Positions 1 through 13,515 of a stretch of DNA of 64,000 nt are shown here, piece by piece. How positions within the stretch are numbered: position 1 is the stretch's first letter; every line of letters begins with the position of its first letter. The notes beneath the pieces are model-generated. The model had not been told where the DNA came from, did no database searches, and worked only from the letters and a program-made list of their open reading frames with translations. The stretch covers positions 12,772,001 through 12,836,000 of the forward strand of contig CP075494.1 in the NCBI GenBank assembly GCA_021613535.1, written 5' to 3'. The translations under genes were made by a program, and so were the position numbers. The stretch comes from Adineta vaga. Lineage: Eukaryota > Animalia > Rotifera.

Positions 1-1
1 T

Positions 2-274
2 GAGTATATCGCATCTTCATTCGTTTTTGAAAAAGATTTATTAGTACGTATGATATTTGATATTGCCAATTATTTTTTATCGAAAGGTAAACGTTTATTT
101 GAGAGTGGATCTCAAAATTATCCAACTGCTCTTATTCATCTCACTTGGGTACGTACTCTTTATGATCGATATCGAACATTGCAAACGGTTCAGTTATTAA
201 AAGAATTTGCCGAAGTTGATAGACTTATTGAACAAGTAGAAAATGCAATGAGAACATTGGACGATGAAGAATAA
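2..274 (+). CDS. 3' part of receiver-like (IWLD) family gene, copy 1 (5' end outside window)
   Basis: Frame is open from position 2 (EYIASSFVFEKDLLVRMIFDIANYFLSKG...). It aligns by eye with VFDHEDILLARLTHDVAQNF (618 ORF) and VYDDETGVFAKVLSDIGIHY (1833 ORF); similar C-terminal helix pair and acidic tail. Confidence 0.75.
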   Translation, partial: EYIASSFVFEKDLLVRMIFDIANYFLSKGKRLFESGSQNYPTALIHLTWVRTLYDRYRTLQTVQLLKEFAEVDRLIEQVENAMRTLDDEE

Positions 275-617
275 TTTATCAGGAATTCTTTTTATAAGAA
301 AAAAATATCTTGTTTTTCTTGTAATAAAAATATAAATTCTATCTCATACTTTCTACCAATTCATTTCTCTTCACGATTGAATTATGAAACAGAAAATGAA
401 TGATTAAATATGATACATTTTATCAAAAAAAAAACACAGAAGTACTTGCATGTTTTTATTGGATACAGTATGTTGGAAATTCCCAACTTAACATTATTTT
501 CTTACAATAAATTCTCATGCGTCTTTTTTACGCGCATCATTGATAAAAATTGGTAAGTATGCAAATGTTTTCTTCTTCCTCTTCTCAGCGTATAACTGAT
601 TTCAGAATAATTCCACG

Positions 618-1415
618 ATGGCTGAATTAAGACTAGAAATTCCTGATGATCATGATTATCCTGCACCAGATCATATGATTATTTGGCTTGATGATCATAT
701 TGGCAAACCAAATGAATATAAGAAAATTAAAAGCGCATTCAGTAGTAATATCGATCCTCGACACCAAACTTGGACAACATTAACTGATCCTGATTATGAG
801 AAACTTGTTCAAGAAAATAATGCTAAATCAGTACGCTTTGCTGACATTCCCATGCTTTTATTAACATGCGACAATATTATAAAATGTTATGAGGCATTTG
901 AAGCGAATAAAGACAGACATATTTATTTTATTACATCTGGAACTTTGGGTAAATTTATTATACCAAGACTTATTGAAAGACATCAACAGCTGTTCAAAGA
1001 TCCAATTACTAAAAAACCTTATTCTTCAATCTATATATTCTGTGGATATACTGTACATCATTATGAATGGTTGGTGGATTTTCGAGACCACGTACAAGTA
1101 TTCGATCATGAAGATATTTTATTAGCACGTTTAACACACGATGTTGCTCAAAATTTTGTCGAACAAGGTGAATATTGTATCAACGAATCTCTTGCTCGAT
1201 TTCAACGATCAAAAAAAGTTTTAAATCGTTATTTAGCAATGGGTGAAGTTTGTGCGAGCGATCTGGAACATGTGGAAAAAATGATAGCAAATGTTGAGCG
1301 AATTTTGAAACCAAATATAGCCAATCCTCATGTAGAAGATAGTATTATTGTTGATAATATTATTCAGCAAAATAATGACGATGATAATGTACAAGTAAGT
1401 CAAGCAACCAGCTAA
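618..1415 (+). CDS. Receiver-like (IWLD) family protein, copy 2, 265 aa
   Basis: Uninterrupted ORF with motifs IIWLDD / IYFITSGTLG / SIYIFCG / HYEW. Probable 5'UTR intron gtaagt(553)..ttcag(605). Confidence 0.85.
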   Translation: MAELRLEIPDDHDYPAPDHMIIWLDDHIGKPNEYKKIKSAFSSNIDPRHQTWTTLTDPDYEKLVQENNAKSVRFADIPMLLLTCDNIIKCYEAFEANKDRHIYFITSGTLGKFIIPRLIERHQQLFKDPITKKPYSSIYIFCGYTVHHYEWLVDFRDHVQVFDHEDILLARLTHDVAQNFVEQGEYCINESLARFQRSKKVLNRYLAMGEVCASDLEHVEKMIANVERILKPNIANPHVEDSIIVDNIIQQNNDDDNVQVSQATS

Positions 1416-1832
1416 TAGATTTATCTTGTATCGCTATCTTTTCTTGATAAACAATAAATATTGTGTGTTTAGTTTGTCTGTAGTGTTCTATTTCTTATTT
1501 TAATAAATTATAAATAGAAAAACATCGCCGATAGCATTCGACATTGTTCTTATTATCATATGCATTTCAAGAAAATCTTCTTCATGATTCTATCTTTCAT
1601 GAAATTTCATAGATATTGAATAAAACTCGTTTTCGATTGTTGGTATCTTCCAACATAATTTCACGTGTTATGTATAACCACGAATAATGTTTTTTTCTTT
1701 TCTTTTTCTTCTTGTTATTGCTGACGCATAGTTATTTTTGTTGATTATGATAAAAAATATTAACCAATAGATTCTTTTCACTTTTCTATCAAGTATTTTT
1801 TTTTTGTTTTCTTTTTGAGGTTTCAATCTACA

Positions 1833-2549
1833 ATGGCTGCATCGTTAAACTCTAGATTTGTACCTGATTTTGTTATTGTTTGGTTAGATGGTAATGTAGC
1901 TCAAATTCGAAACAATGTTTCGAGTAAAACAGATTTAGCTAATAATGCTAATCTAAATGCTGCACCAACAAACAATCGTTCTCATGATATTGATAATTTT
2001 ATTTTACGAATTGATCCAAATATGAATAGTGAACGAACAACTAATATAATTAATAATGTATTACATATGTTCACCGATAGAGAAGAATGTGTTAACATCA
2101 TTAATCAAAATTTAGAAGATAACAAAAAGGTATTTTTGATTGTATCTGGACAAATGGGTGCCCCTATCGTTCGGCAAATGTGTAACAAACTATCTGATCA
2201 TATTTATGTCTTTTGTGGACGAAGAGATTCGCATGAATGGACTGATGAATATGCACAGCATCTCGTAGTATATGATGATGAAACAGGTGTTTTTGCAAAA
2301 GTATTGTCTGATATTGGCATACATTACCTACAAAAAAATGACGATAATACATGCAGTCCATTAGATGCAATTGAATATCTTCAGTGTGCCCGACAATTTT
2401 TCATGCGAGCTAGTAGATTAGATCGTGTTAATAGAATCGACTATCTTACAATAGTGGATGATGCATTAAAAGAACGACAAGAATCTTCTGACAATAGGAA
2501 CAAGGATAATGAAAAGGATTCTATTTCTCAAGATGCAATGGACGCATAA
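1833..2549 (+). CDS. Receiver-like (IWLD) family protein, copy 3
   Basis: ATG at 1833; motifs IVWLDG / VFLIVSGQMG / HIYVFCG / SHEW are colinear with copy 2. Confidence 0.85.
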   Translation: MAASLNSRFVPDFVIVWLDGNVAQIRNNVSSKTDLANNANLNAAPTNNRSHDIDNFILRIDPNMNSERTTNIINNVLHMFTDREECVNIINQNLEDNKKVFLIVSGQMGAPIVRQMCNKLSDHIYVFCGRRDSHEWTDEYAQHLVVYDDETGVFAKVLSDIGIHYLQKNDDNTCSPLDAIEYLQCARQFFMRASRLDRVNRIDYLTIVDDALKERQESSDNRNKDNEKDSISQDAMDA

Positions 2550-2895
2550 AAACATCTCAATAATTATCATTTTTTGGCTATTATTTTCAAATATGTTAAG
2601 AATAAAAACGTAATTAGATAATAAACTGACTGGTGAAGATAACAAAAGTTATCGAATCTTTTCAATAAAAAATGTTTTATTCGGTATTTCTTTTCTTTCT
2701 TTTCTGTTGACCTTTCTCTGTATCGTAGAGTTATAAGTAGTATGTCCTGTGAATAAAAAATATAAACTTCTTCTCTTTTTATTTTTGCAAATAAAAAACT
2801 TGAAGAGTGAGTATTAATCATTGACTTGATGACGTTCGATTTAAACTACTATCAGCTCGAAATTCTTTTTACTGATGAATTCATATGGTAAAACA

Positions 2896-3564
2896 CTAAG
2901 AGGATGCTTTCCAAATATCCGAGAAAGGATCCCATTCGGAATCTGTATGTGGTTCATATTCCATAGTATTAGCCAATTCAGTAGCAATATCCGGTGATAA
3001 AACAGTAGAAATAAAAGCATAAGTCATATCCATTCCAGCTGCAACACCTGAACTTGACCAAATATTACCATCAACTACCCAACGTGCTTTTGGAATCCAA
3101 TTTACATTTTTAAATTGTGTCACCCATGACCAAGCATATTTGTTGGATGTGGCTTTTCGTCCATCGAGAATACCAGTAGCAGCAATTGCTGTTGATCCCG
3201 TACATACGGATAAAAGATATTTCAGTGATGAATAACTTGCCTTGATAAATGCAGCAATTTCATTGAATACTATCTTATCTCGTAAGCCTAATCCACCTGG
3301 AACCAACAGTATATCTAATTGAGGTGCATTATCAAATGTATGTGTTGGTAACCATGCTTCTCCAATACATTGAAATTTGCTGTTTGGTACAGTATCTTTA
3401 GGAGGTACCGTACTGACTGGATCCATCGTTTTAGCAATGATACTTAGTTCAAAGGGTTGCTTTGCACTAAGTTGATTGAAAAATTGCATTGGACCAGCAA
3501 CATCTAATAATGCAAATCCTGGAAAAAGGACTATACCAAATCGAGTAACAACGTTGTCGACCAT
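2896..3564 (-). CDS. DJ-1/PfpI family protein (isonitrile-hydratase-like subgroup), intronless
   Basis: FGIVLFPGFALLDVAGP, DILLVPGG, SVCTGS nucleophile elbow, ILDGRKATSNK, RWVVDGNIWSSSGVAAGMD. First ATG at 3564. Confidence 0.92.
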   Translation of the reverse strand: MVDNVVTRFGIVLFPGFALLDVAGPMQFFNQLSAKQPFELSIIAKTMDPVSTVPPKDTVPNSKFQCIGEAWLPTHTFDNAPQLDILLVPGGLGLRDKIVFNEIAAFIKASYSSLKYLLSVCTGSTAIAATGILDGRKATSNKYAWSWVTQFKNVNWIPKARWVVDGNIWSSSGVAAGMDMTYAFISTVLSPDIATELANTMEYEPHTDSEWDPFSDIWKASS

Positions 3565-4431
3565 TTTTATTGTGAAGTAAAAATAATGTATAACCACGTT
3601 GTTTTTGTTTTCTTTCTTTTCGTTTGTCGTTCGTCATATGTTTATCTCTGGGAGAATAAAGAAAAATAACGTATACAAGAAGTACTAAACATTGCGTATC
3701 TAAATTATACGGTGACTATATCCAGTTTGTTTTATGTGAACGATTATTTATGAGACTATAACTTTTATAGTAATTAATTGTTGATATTTTCTGACATCGT
3801 TTCTTTTCTGCTGATATGTTAGATTCTCAATGAGTGATATTAGATGAACTGGGGTACATATTCATTTGGATTTACATTGACTAAAAATGATTTCCATCAT
3901 GGTTCACATAAAGATACAACAAACAATATCAGCATCGTCGAGTGAAATCTTATTAAAATACTGCTGTAGCAACAATTTATAAACCGATCTACGTAGCAGT
4001 ATGCACTATTACTAATACTGAGTATGTAAAATGTTCAAAGTATATTACACAATTGTTCTTGGCACTTATACTATTTCAATTCTAACATCCAGTAATAATA
4101 TCGAAAATAAATTTCATCCTTCATTTAATATGTATAACCATAACTCTTTGATATAACTAATATTTTCGTTTATTGATACTTTATAAATATGAACACATCA
4201 ACTTACGACATCTGCGAAGATTTTCTTTTCCATTTACTAATTTCTCGTTACTTTCTCTATGTCTTACTCTAACACTCATCGAACGTATTGAATCAGTTGA
4301 AAAAATTATTTCTAAATGAAGTATAAACCTCAACGGTTGTCTTGGAATATTTACCACGAACATATGTCTCCTATGATGTCCACCTTCTAGCGCATTGACC
4401 ATTCATCAATAGTGAACATTTAAAACAAACT

Positions 4432-6308
4432 ATGGTTAGAATTTCATTTCTAATATACTTCTGTATTTCGTTTTCATATTCCAGGAAGATCCAAAATTAG
4501 AAAAACAGTTCAAAAGTCACCGTAATACTATCACATCACTCAATTTTGCACCTAATACAAAACAACTCGGTATTTTCATTTACAAAATATTCTTTGATAA
4601 ATTGACTTGTGATTTATTTTGATATAGTATCAGGAAGTTTAGATTCCTGTTTGTTTCTTTGGCCATTTAAATCACAAGCTCGAGCTTATCGATTTGTTGG
4701 TCATACTGTATGTAGAAATGATTCAATCGATAGATAAGAATATCGTTTTTGTTATCTATAGGATGCTGTATATTCTGTATGTTATTCTCCATCAGGTCAT
4801 TTAGTTGCATCAGGATCAAAAGATAAGAAAGTTCGTCTATGGATTCCAAGTGTTAAAGGTGAATCAACGGTTTTCAAAGCTCATACAGGTGCTGTTCGAT
4901 GTGTTGATTTTGCTAGTGATGGTCAAAGTTTATTGACATCATCCGAAGATAAAACTATGAAGATTTGGACGGTTCATCGACAAAAATTTCAATTTTCATT
5001 AAATCAACATTCGAATTGGGTTCGTTGTGCAAAATTTTCACCTGATGGACGATTAATTATTAGCTGTAGTGATGATAAAACAGTAAAACTTTGGGATAGA
5101 AATACAAATGAATGTATGCATACATTCTATGAACCACATGGATTCCTGAATGAAGTTGCTTTTCATCCAAGTGGTACTTGTATTGCTGGAGGTTGTACAG
5201 ATGCAAGTGTCAAAATTTGGGATATACGAACAAGAAAATTAATTCAACATTATGCAAGTAAGATATTTTGAAATAATATGGAAGATTTTATGTCTAATAG
5301 AAATCATCGATCTTAGATCATGTCGCATCAGTAAATAGTATTGCCTTTCATCCGAATGGAAATTTTCTTTTAACAGCATCGAGTGATGCTACTTTGAAAG
5401 TATTTGATTTATTGGAAGGACGTCTTATTTATACTTTACATGGTCATCAAGTATGAACTGTCTTCATTTGAACGTAGTTTTTTCTATGAATTTTTTTCTT
5501 TCAATAGGGACCAGCTATGAGTGTTGCCTTTTCAAAACAAGGTGATTATTTTGCATCAGGTGGTCAAGATCAACAAGTAAGAAAATAAGAACAAATGTTT
5601 CTGAAGACAAGAAAAGATTCAAAATTTTGTTTTTTAGGTATTGGTTTGGAAAACAAATTTTGACATTCCTTCTGCATCAATTGAATCGAACAGTAATAGA
5701 TATACGAATAGTGCAGATTATAGCGCAAGATCACAGTTATCATCAAGAAGTTTTCAACCAAATAAAACATCAATCAGTTCATTACAAGAAAAACCTCCGT
5801 TAGCAACAGCTGATGAAAGACAAGCACGACAAGTAAAGCATCTTTTTCTACACATTCTAATTAGCATCATACTATCTTTTGATCTCTAATGTATTAAGAT
5901 CGATGTCTTCAGAGAAAAATCTCTATTGCGTATGTTCAATGAGAATGATCCTTTAGAGATAACAAATGTTGGATCGACTTATGAAAGTGGCATTAGTCGA
6001 GTAAGTAAAATGGAAATTTCGATATGCGCATAAACTAAAAATAATGTCGTATTTAGTCAAATAGTGCTTCTGCTGATTTGATAAATTCAGCAAGAATATC
6101 GATTGGAGGAAATAGAAATACTCGTTCAACGTATGATTTAGATAGAAACAATCAACAAACAGTAACACCTCAAATAGCTAATACACTTGATCATATTGTT
6201 CAACAATTGGATATTCTAACTAAAACTGTCTCAATATTGGAAACAAGATTAACGATGACTGAAAGTAAACTACAACAATTAAATCAAGATGAACAGAATA
6301 ACAAATAA
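4432..6308 (+). CDS. POC1: POC1 centriolar WD40 protein, multi-exon
   Basis: ATG(4432)+intron+[28 protein letters not shown]; WD repeats ([33 protein letters not shown]); C-terminal POC1 coil [26 protein letters not shown]. Confidence 0.95.
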
Positions 6309-8225
6309 AATGATTTTGTTTGTCAGATTGTTCGTTTTTCACTGATGAAAATCTCACTTTTTTTAAAAAATTTTTGCAACGGTGAAATTCCTTAAACAAA
6401 ATAAATTTCATCTTCATTAGGTTATTAGATTATAGATATCGTCTTTTCGGAAACACGACTTCTATCGATAGCTTTGCGCACAGTAGTCGACAGGACCCAA
6501 ATCTATATTCATTACCACAGCTGGTATGAAGTGCAAATTAACGATTATTTACATAACTTTCGGAAAAAACTTATTCCTACTGAGAGATTCGATTTAATAA
6601 CCATGTGTTATAACACGATTAATATGTGACACTATTAATGGCAAACTTCATTGATAATATTCTTATTGAAAGTAGAAAAGAATTCGAAGAAAATATTTTC
6701 AATATGTCACATCGTATTTTATGATATTGAACATCTTCAATATGATGATTTGCATAAACTTTTCAGCTGTTTTTTCCATTATCAATAATTCATGTAACAT
6801 ATGTAAGATGATTTCTCTTTTTATTATCATTTAAAACAAGACAAATGATTTTTATTAAGCCATTCAATTTTTCACAGCATCGTTTTATTCACATGATGTT
6901 GCGTGTTGGTATATTCAATGATCTATCCAATGTTCTAATGATTTGCCTTCTTTCTCTATTGGTACAAACACGCATTAATTAATGAGAAACTTTAATCTGA
7001 TGAGAATACATTCTCGTGACTTAACTTATTTATATATAAACTCGAAGAATGACAAATAATGAATGACTAAAGAATATTGTTTGTTTTTTTACATTGATGA
7101 AAACATATCCGATAGAGTTCATTCTATTTGGAACGTGATGTAGCATCATAATACTTTTCAATCAATCAATTGATTCGTATCCTAAGAGAGAGTTTAATTC
7201 TATCAATAATGGATGACTATTGTCATTATTATTACGATAGATTCAATTAAGTCAACATCAATAAACTAAAATGAAACAGTCGGCGTACATCAACACATCA
7301 ATGAAGGTCTTCTGCAAGTATTTCATTCAATATAACGATAAATATAGAATCTTTGCATTCTTACAAGTCATTTTCTTTTATTAAAAGCCTATCCTGTGAT
7401 TGACATAATGGAATGGGCGTTTCTTTAAGAAGAAGAAGAAGAAGAAGAAAAAAAGTACTTTTGAATATATAATTTCAATAAATTTCAAAACATTCCATTC
7501 GTCTAAAATGCATTTAATGTTTATCTGTAGACAATCATCATTCATAAAAGAAATGACATGTTCTGAATTCCAGATTTCTTGAGAAAGAAAAAAATAATTT
7601 GATTTGCTTATCTTTTTTTGTTGTCTTGATGAATTGAAGAGAAAAAAAAGAAGACAAATGATTTCCAAAAAACTTTTCTGTATCTTTCTCATACAAATTG
7701 TTTGTTTTATTTCGTCTCTTTGTGTATATGTCTTACTCAAAAATCATTTCATCGCAGTCTGTTATCAATGTGCAAAAAAAAACAAAAGGAAAACAAAAGA
7801 AGCCAACGAACAGAAAAAATAGAGCCGTATGTTTTTTCTAAGACATGAATATCCAAAGAGACACAGAGAGAGAAAAACGAGAGAAGGCAACTGTCTGCCT
7901 AGCACGGCCAACCAACAAAGAAAAAAGTGACAACAACAGCAAAAAAAGAAGAGAAGAAGAAGAGACAGAGAGAGAGCGACGATCATGCACACGCACACAC
8001 ACACACACATCAAAAAATGGCACTCGAGACGAAGTGAGAGAACATAGTGGTTGAACAACGAACAGAAAATCCACAAAAAATTCTCTCATTCAAGCCAGAA
8101 GATCGCGAAAAAAGGAGAAAGGCAAAACAAACAAAAGATTTCGCTGTTTCATCCACAAGTCATCTAAGAAAAAAGTTCAATAAATCTTCTACAGTTTCTT
8201 TTCTTCTTTTTTTTTCTCGCTAGAT

Positions 8226-10165
8226 TTATTGATCATGTTGTTGTTGGGATTGTTGTTGAGCTGCGGACATAAAAAGGGCAGGATGAGGAGGATTAACAAC
8301 ACAATATGCTCCTGGATGACCATTTGCAATTTGTAACTGTTGTAATTGTTGTACAGGTAATGGTAGTACAAATGCTGCACCAGGTTCATGTGATGATTGC
8401 ATGTAGGACGGAATTTGATGGTTAAAACCTGCTAATGTCTGTCGTAATGGTGCTGGTTGACCGTACATATGATGTTGAGGTGCCTGTTGTGTTTGAACTT
8501 GTTGTTGTGGAATTTGTGTCCATGGTGGATAGAGAACAGCTTGAGGTGGATAAGATCCTGTTTGATCCATAGGTGGATATAATGGGGGACCACTTTTCAT
8601 ATCCTACAAAATAGAAATATCGTTGAAGAAACGAATTCTCCTCTTATTTGAAATACATACATCAAAACTTGTTTTATATACCTTTTTATTTTTACTGGCA
8701 TCAGCAAATTTAACTTGTACAGGTTTATCAGTAAAACCTATGAACACAAAAGAAGTAAAGCTATGATTTGATTTATTTTAATTAAAATGAAATATACTTG
8801 GAAAAGTTTTATTATGGAATTGATCAATAATGTCTTGACATTGTTTTCTATCATTCATTCGTGCAAATCCAACACCACGTGATTGTTTCTGTTGATCACG
8901 TAAAATTCGTACACTAACAACAGTTCCATATTCACCAAGGGCTTGTCGTAAATCTTGTTCTGTCATATTAATATCCAAATTAGCAAAATATAAATTTGTT
9001 TCATCTTGTTCTTGTTGTTGCGATGACTGGAAAACAAAAATACATAAGAAATAGATGATAAATGTCTTTTTTTTGAGAAAAAACAAAACATACCTTAGCT
9101 AACTGAGCTGTATAGCCTTTCTTTTGTAATTCAGCTATTGCATTCTGTGCATCTTCATGGGATTCAAAATCAATAAAACCGAAACCTTTACATTTATTTG
9201 TTTGTTTATCAATTATTGCTTTCATTGATTTGATTCGACCACATCTGATATAAACAAAATAGATTTTATTATTACATATTACCAAATGAATCATTTCTAT
9301 AATGATCTAATAATTACCCTTCGACAAGTGCAGCAAGATCTTTATCAGAATACTCCGGTGGTAAATTTTTTATGTACAAATTCGTATCACTAAGAGCTTG
9401 ATTATATGATGATGATGATGATGAGAAACCATTAAGATAAGGTGTTCTTTGTGGTTCATATCCAGTAGCATGAGTTGAATTTGGGGGTGGTGCCTTTAAA
9501 CAAATAAAGAAAAATAGATCATGTATTTACAACAGCTCTTGACAATGTTTCATTCTTCTTAATAACTGTTGTTATTTACTCAATATATATATATATATAT
9601 ATACGAACCCCTCCTGTCAACAATTCATAGCACACTTCAGTTGTCGTTGGTAATGGTATAAACTGTGTAGCCGTCGAACCTCCGGCATTCCAGTCCATTA
9701 ATCCAAGCAAGACAACATCGCCTTCCATGTTAGATGTGCGAGTGAAATAATAATAATAATGATAATAACAATAATACCAGCAACGACAACAACTGTATAT
9801 TTATAGTTAGATATCTATAGTCTACAGTAAAATTCATAGATCGCATCGATAGTTATTATGAACGAATGAAATATGGAATAAGAAGAAAAAAGAAATATGT
9901 CTCTATAGACCGTATATATCGAGCAAATACACATTACCGGTGTATAGTTTTGACTGATTATAGAGTAGGACGACAAGAGCGAACACGGTGATGTTCTCTA
10001 TTCGTTCGTTCGTTCGCCGTCCTGGTTCCGTTTTTTTTTTATAGCAAGAGTTATAAAGAATATTGAGAGAAGGGAAGGAGAGAACGCATAGCAGCCAAAT
10101 GTAATCATAGTAAAAACTCATCAATATAATAAGCCCTTTTGCGCGAATGGCACGACGCGAACGCA

Positions 10166-10197
<32 letters not shown>

Positions 10198-13100
10198 AAA
10201 GAAGGAGAGAAGGACAGCGACATAGAAAAAAATGAATGAATAATAGCAAAGCGAATACTGTAGAAACGAGGCGAGGCCTAAATATTTGCTTTGCCAATGG
10301 GCGACAATCGACAACTGGAAAGAAGAGGAATGTACATATACAAGATGGATTCTGTTACATACACATATACACGCGCGTGTATGCGTTCGAAATAGAGAGA
10401 GAGAGAGAGATTCATGACACATCCTTTCTTCTACTACTACATTATCTTTTACTTCTACAGTTGAAGCAAAAGAAAGAATAAACTTCTTTTTCTTTTATTC
10501 GCTCGTCAGACATGGAAATCGTTCGATCAATCACTCAGACAGTTTCTCGACTGTGTGATATACATATCTATGTATATGTATGTATACATCTATCTTCTAC
10601 CAAAAGAAAACACGACACAGAACTCGATCTATTATACTAACCATATCTAAACTACATCAAGTCAAAATCTAATCATAGAAAGAAAAAAAAGTTAACCGAA
10701 TGCTCACTGTCATCGTTTTTTCTCTTCTTCTTCTTCTTCTTTTGTACATGTACTCGAACACCCGCTTATGATTCTTTATCCATCTTCTTTTCAAACTACG
10801 AAATAAATGCTTATACAAACCTCAACTCGTTCTTCTCTCGTATTTACATATGAATCGAGTTCGCCCTATTGAAAATCGCTGAACGACGGGAGAAGAAAAA
10901 GAGAAGGCCGGAGGTGGCCTCCGAATTAATCATAATCGTTTATAGTCACAAGCGTCATTTTTTCTTTTCCTACTTCTTCTTCTTCTTCTTCTCCTCTTTA
11001 GTACCACTAAGCAAATCATTTTTGTTGTTACTCTTGCTGCATTCATTCATTTTTCTTTCTTTCCATATCTATCTGATTGGAAATAAATGTATAGTCAGTC
11101 ATAAACAAAAGAGTCTAATCAATTCTTACTGAACAACTTCAAAGTTTCTTTTCTATTCTTCCATCTCATCGTTCTTAATTGGCGTCAAATATTTAATATA
11201 TACAATTTCCTATGGGTATATAAAAACGACGAGAATGAGAGAGAGGGAGAAAGAACATCGATTTTCTTCTGACATTACACATGAAAAGAGAAAAAACCTA
11301 ATGATGACAGTTTGTGTATGTATGTATATATGTGTATGTACAACTACGTCATAAGGCAGATATCAGGTTAATCGTTTTTGATGAAGTTACTACTGTCGAA
11401 TAATAGGATTTTAACACGCACATATAATATTATCGTTGATGAATGCATCAAGTAAACGAACAGTTCACTTATCACTAGAGTTTAACTGAAATATGATCTC
11501 ACTCCTTTTTGTTCTTCTATCTTACAAACATATCATTGTAACTACTATGTCTATTTGTATGTGCAACTAAACCTGCTACATCTTTTTTTTATGAGATAAA
11601 GATGCACAAATATATACATACACAGTAGGAGATCTTCCCTCTTTTCTTTACTCCCGTAATGAGACATTTACTGGGGGTGATTACTCGACTCAATTATTGT
11701 CTTTCAAGGTTACAAATGGATTGACCCATTAATAACATAGAGAAAACAAATTTCGACAGACTTGTAACTATCTGAATCGAATACAGATGAGTATCTATCT
11801 AAGAAGAGAAGAAAAACGGAAAAAAAATAAATTCTTGACGACGACGCCATCATCATCAACAACAACAGGATAATGATAGAGGCGCCTTCTCTAATCATCT
11901 TCTAATCGAACAATAACATTTCGAGAACGTCGGCATCCGAACAAAGAATAGAATAAGCGAACGAAAGACAAAAAACTGTTCATCTACGATCGATGAAATT
12001 AAGTAGCACGACTATACTCGGTCGTTCAATTAAAAATTGCTTTTATAGAAGATTCAATTTGTGATAACTAGAAGAAAGAATCGAAACTTCAATACTTACA
12101 ATATAACCTCCATAAGCTTTGGGTGAACGAATATTGAAATTGGGTACTAATTGCCTGGAATTTTCCATTGAATGTGCTGCTAATCGCAAGTAAGCTTCAC
12201 GTTCAGCTGTTAATGCCATATTTGCTGTTATTGTTGAATGTTGTTGTTGCTGCACGTGATCTGTTGAATGGGGATCACTAAGTAAATGGTGTAAAGGAGG
12301 CGTTTGTGATGGCTAAAATGAAACAATAACAATATATTTTATATCTTTCATTAGTATAGAGTTCGACTAGATTTTCAATTAAGATGATATATATATATAT
12401 ATAATCTTACTGGTTTTTCCAGCATAACCATCTTTTCGTAAAAGAAATTTCGTTTTAGATAAAAAGAAAATGAATGTGTTTCATATACGATAAGATCAAA
12501 CAGCGAACGTCCTTTTTCTTTTATTCGAGAATAGATCGGAAGATTTCTTCGTTCTGCTTCTTTTTTCTCGCAATAACACGTCATTATTTCTTTCTTTCTC
12601 ATCCATACACAAACACAAAGGTCACATATGGAAAAAAACAATCTTATAAAATATATATATATATACATACAAATGATTCATCAGTTTACTTGCGATCATA
12701 CAAGTGGGAAAATATAAAAATTGATAGTCAAGATCAGTGAGAAGACAAAAAAGACACCCGCATCTAGCAATCATTTGATTAATGATCGATTCGTTTATAT
12801 TCAAAAGCACTAACAGTTATCTACGAACATATTGCTCATCACAAACAGCTTCTTTCCGTTTCAAATAAAGATCATCTGCGATGAATAGAAAATTTCCTTC
12901 TTGCTGAAAACAAAAACTATTTTCTCGTCGAATAGTTATTCATGGGATGTCTTACTGTGAGAATGAAGTCTAGCAAATAAAGCATTTAATTATCTTTGCA
13001 TTTATGCTACGTTGAACAGTAGGCGGAGTAAAGATATCACCACGTTGAATAAACAATCAGTATCTATTGATATCAATAGCTTAAACAAAAATGCTTTCTT

Positions 13101-13257
13101 TTTCTTTCGCTAAATTCTTTTCTATTGCAAAGACGAATAAAGTAAACAAAATAAAAATTTCTCGATTTCTTTTCTTTTTTGACACATGTCAAACGAAGAT
13201 TGCTTTTTTTTTCAAATCAAACAAAAAATTTACCTGATGAACGACAATTGCCGACAT
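8226..13257 (-). CDS. RBMS/Alan shepard-type two-RRM RNA-binding protein, multi-exon
   Basis: RRM1 LSDTNLYIKNLPP...KAIIDKQTNKCKGFGFIDFES; RRM2 QEQDETNLYFANLD...RILRD...SRGVGFARM; Q/P-rich tail. Upstream phase-0 exons 13234-13257 (MSAIVVHQ) and ~12099-12312 splice in frame to the exon starting at 9493. Confidence 0.9.
9609..9728 (-). CDS. Probable alternative first coding exon of the RBMS/Shep gene
   Basis: ATG-initiated 40-codon frame (MEGDVVLLGLMDWNAGG...ELLTGG) ending at a phase-0 gttcgt donor compatible with the next acceptor. Confidence 0.55.
10173..10197. repeat. (AG)n microsatellite
   Basis: agagagag... run read directly. Confidence 0.85.
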
Positions 13258-13487
13258 TTTCTTCTCAATTGATTAAAAATATTACTTGTACACAGGACTA
13301 TATATATATAAATATGAACGTGCGGAGGTCGTTGTTAGTTTCTCCCTTTTTTTAATCTATAATAGACAAAGGCACATCGTTCTCTCTCTCTCTTCTTCTT
13401 CCTCTGTCTTCTTGTTCTCAACCTAAATCAAGCGCACACACACACATACACAATGTGAATAGACCGAAGAAAAGAAGATGCAGAAGG

Positions 13488-13515
13488 AGAAGAAGAAGAA
13501 GAAGAAGAAGAAGAA
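13488..13515. repeat. (GAA)n microsatellite
   Basis: gaagaagaa... run read directly. Confidence 0.85.

Noticed and set aside
553-617. Acceptor just before the ATG at 618 as a trans-splice site
   Set aside because: A good gtaagt donor 52 nt upstream explains it as an ordinary 5'UTR intron; the MET-like gene likewise has an upstream donor near 36528.
7381-8089. Several overlapping 70-120 aa ORFs
   Set aside because: Low-complexity products of AG/AC/A-rich tracts in the RBMS 3' region; no recognisable protein.
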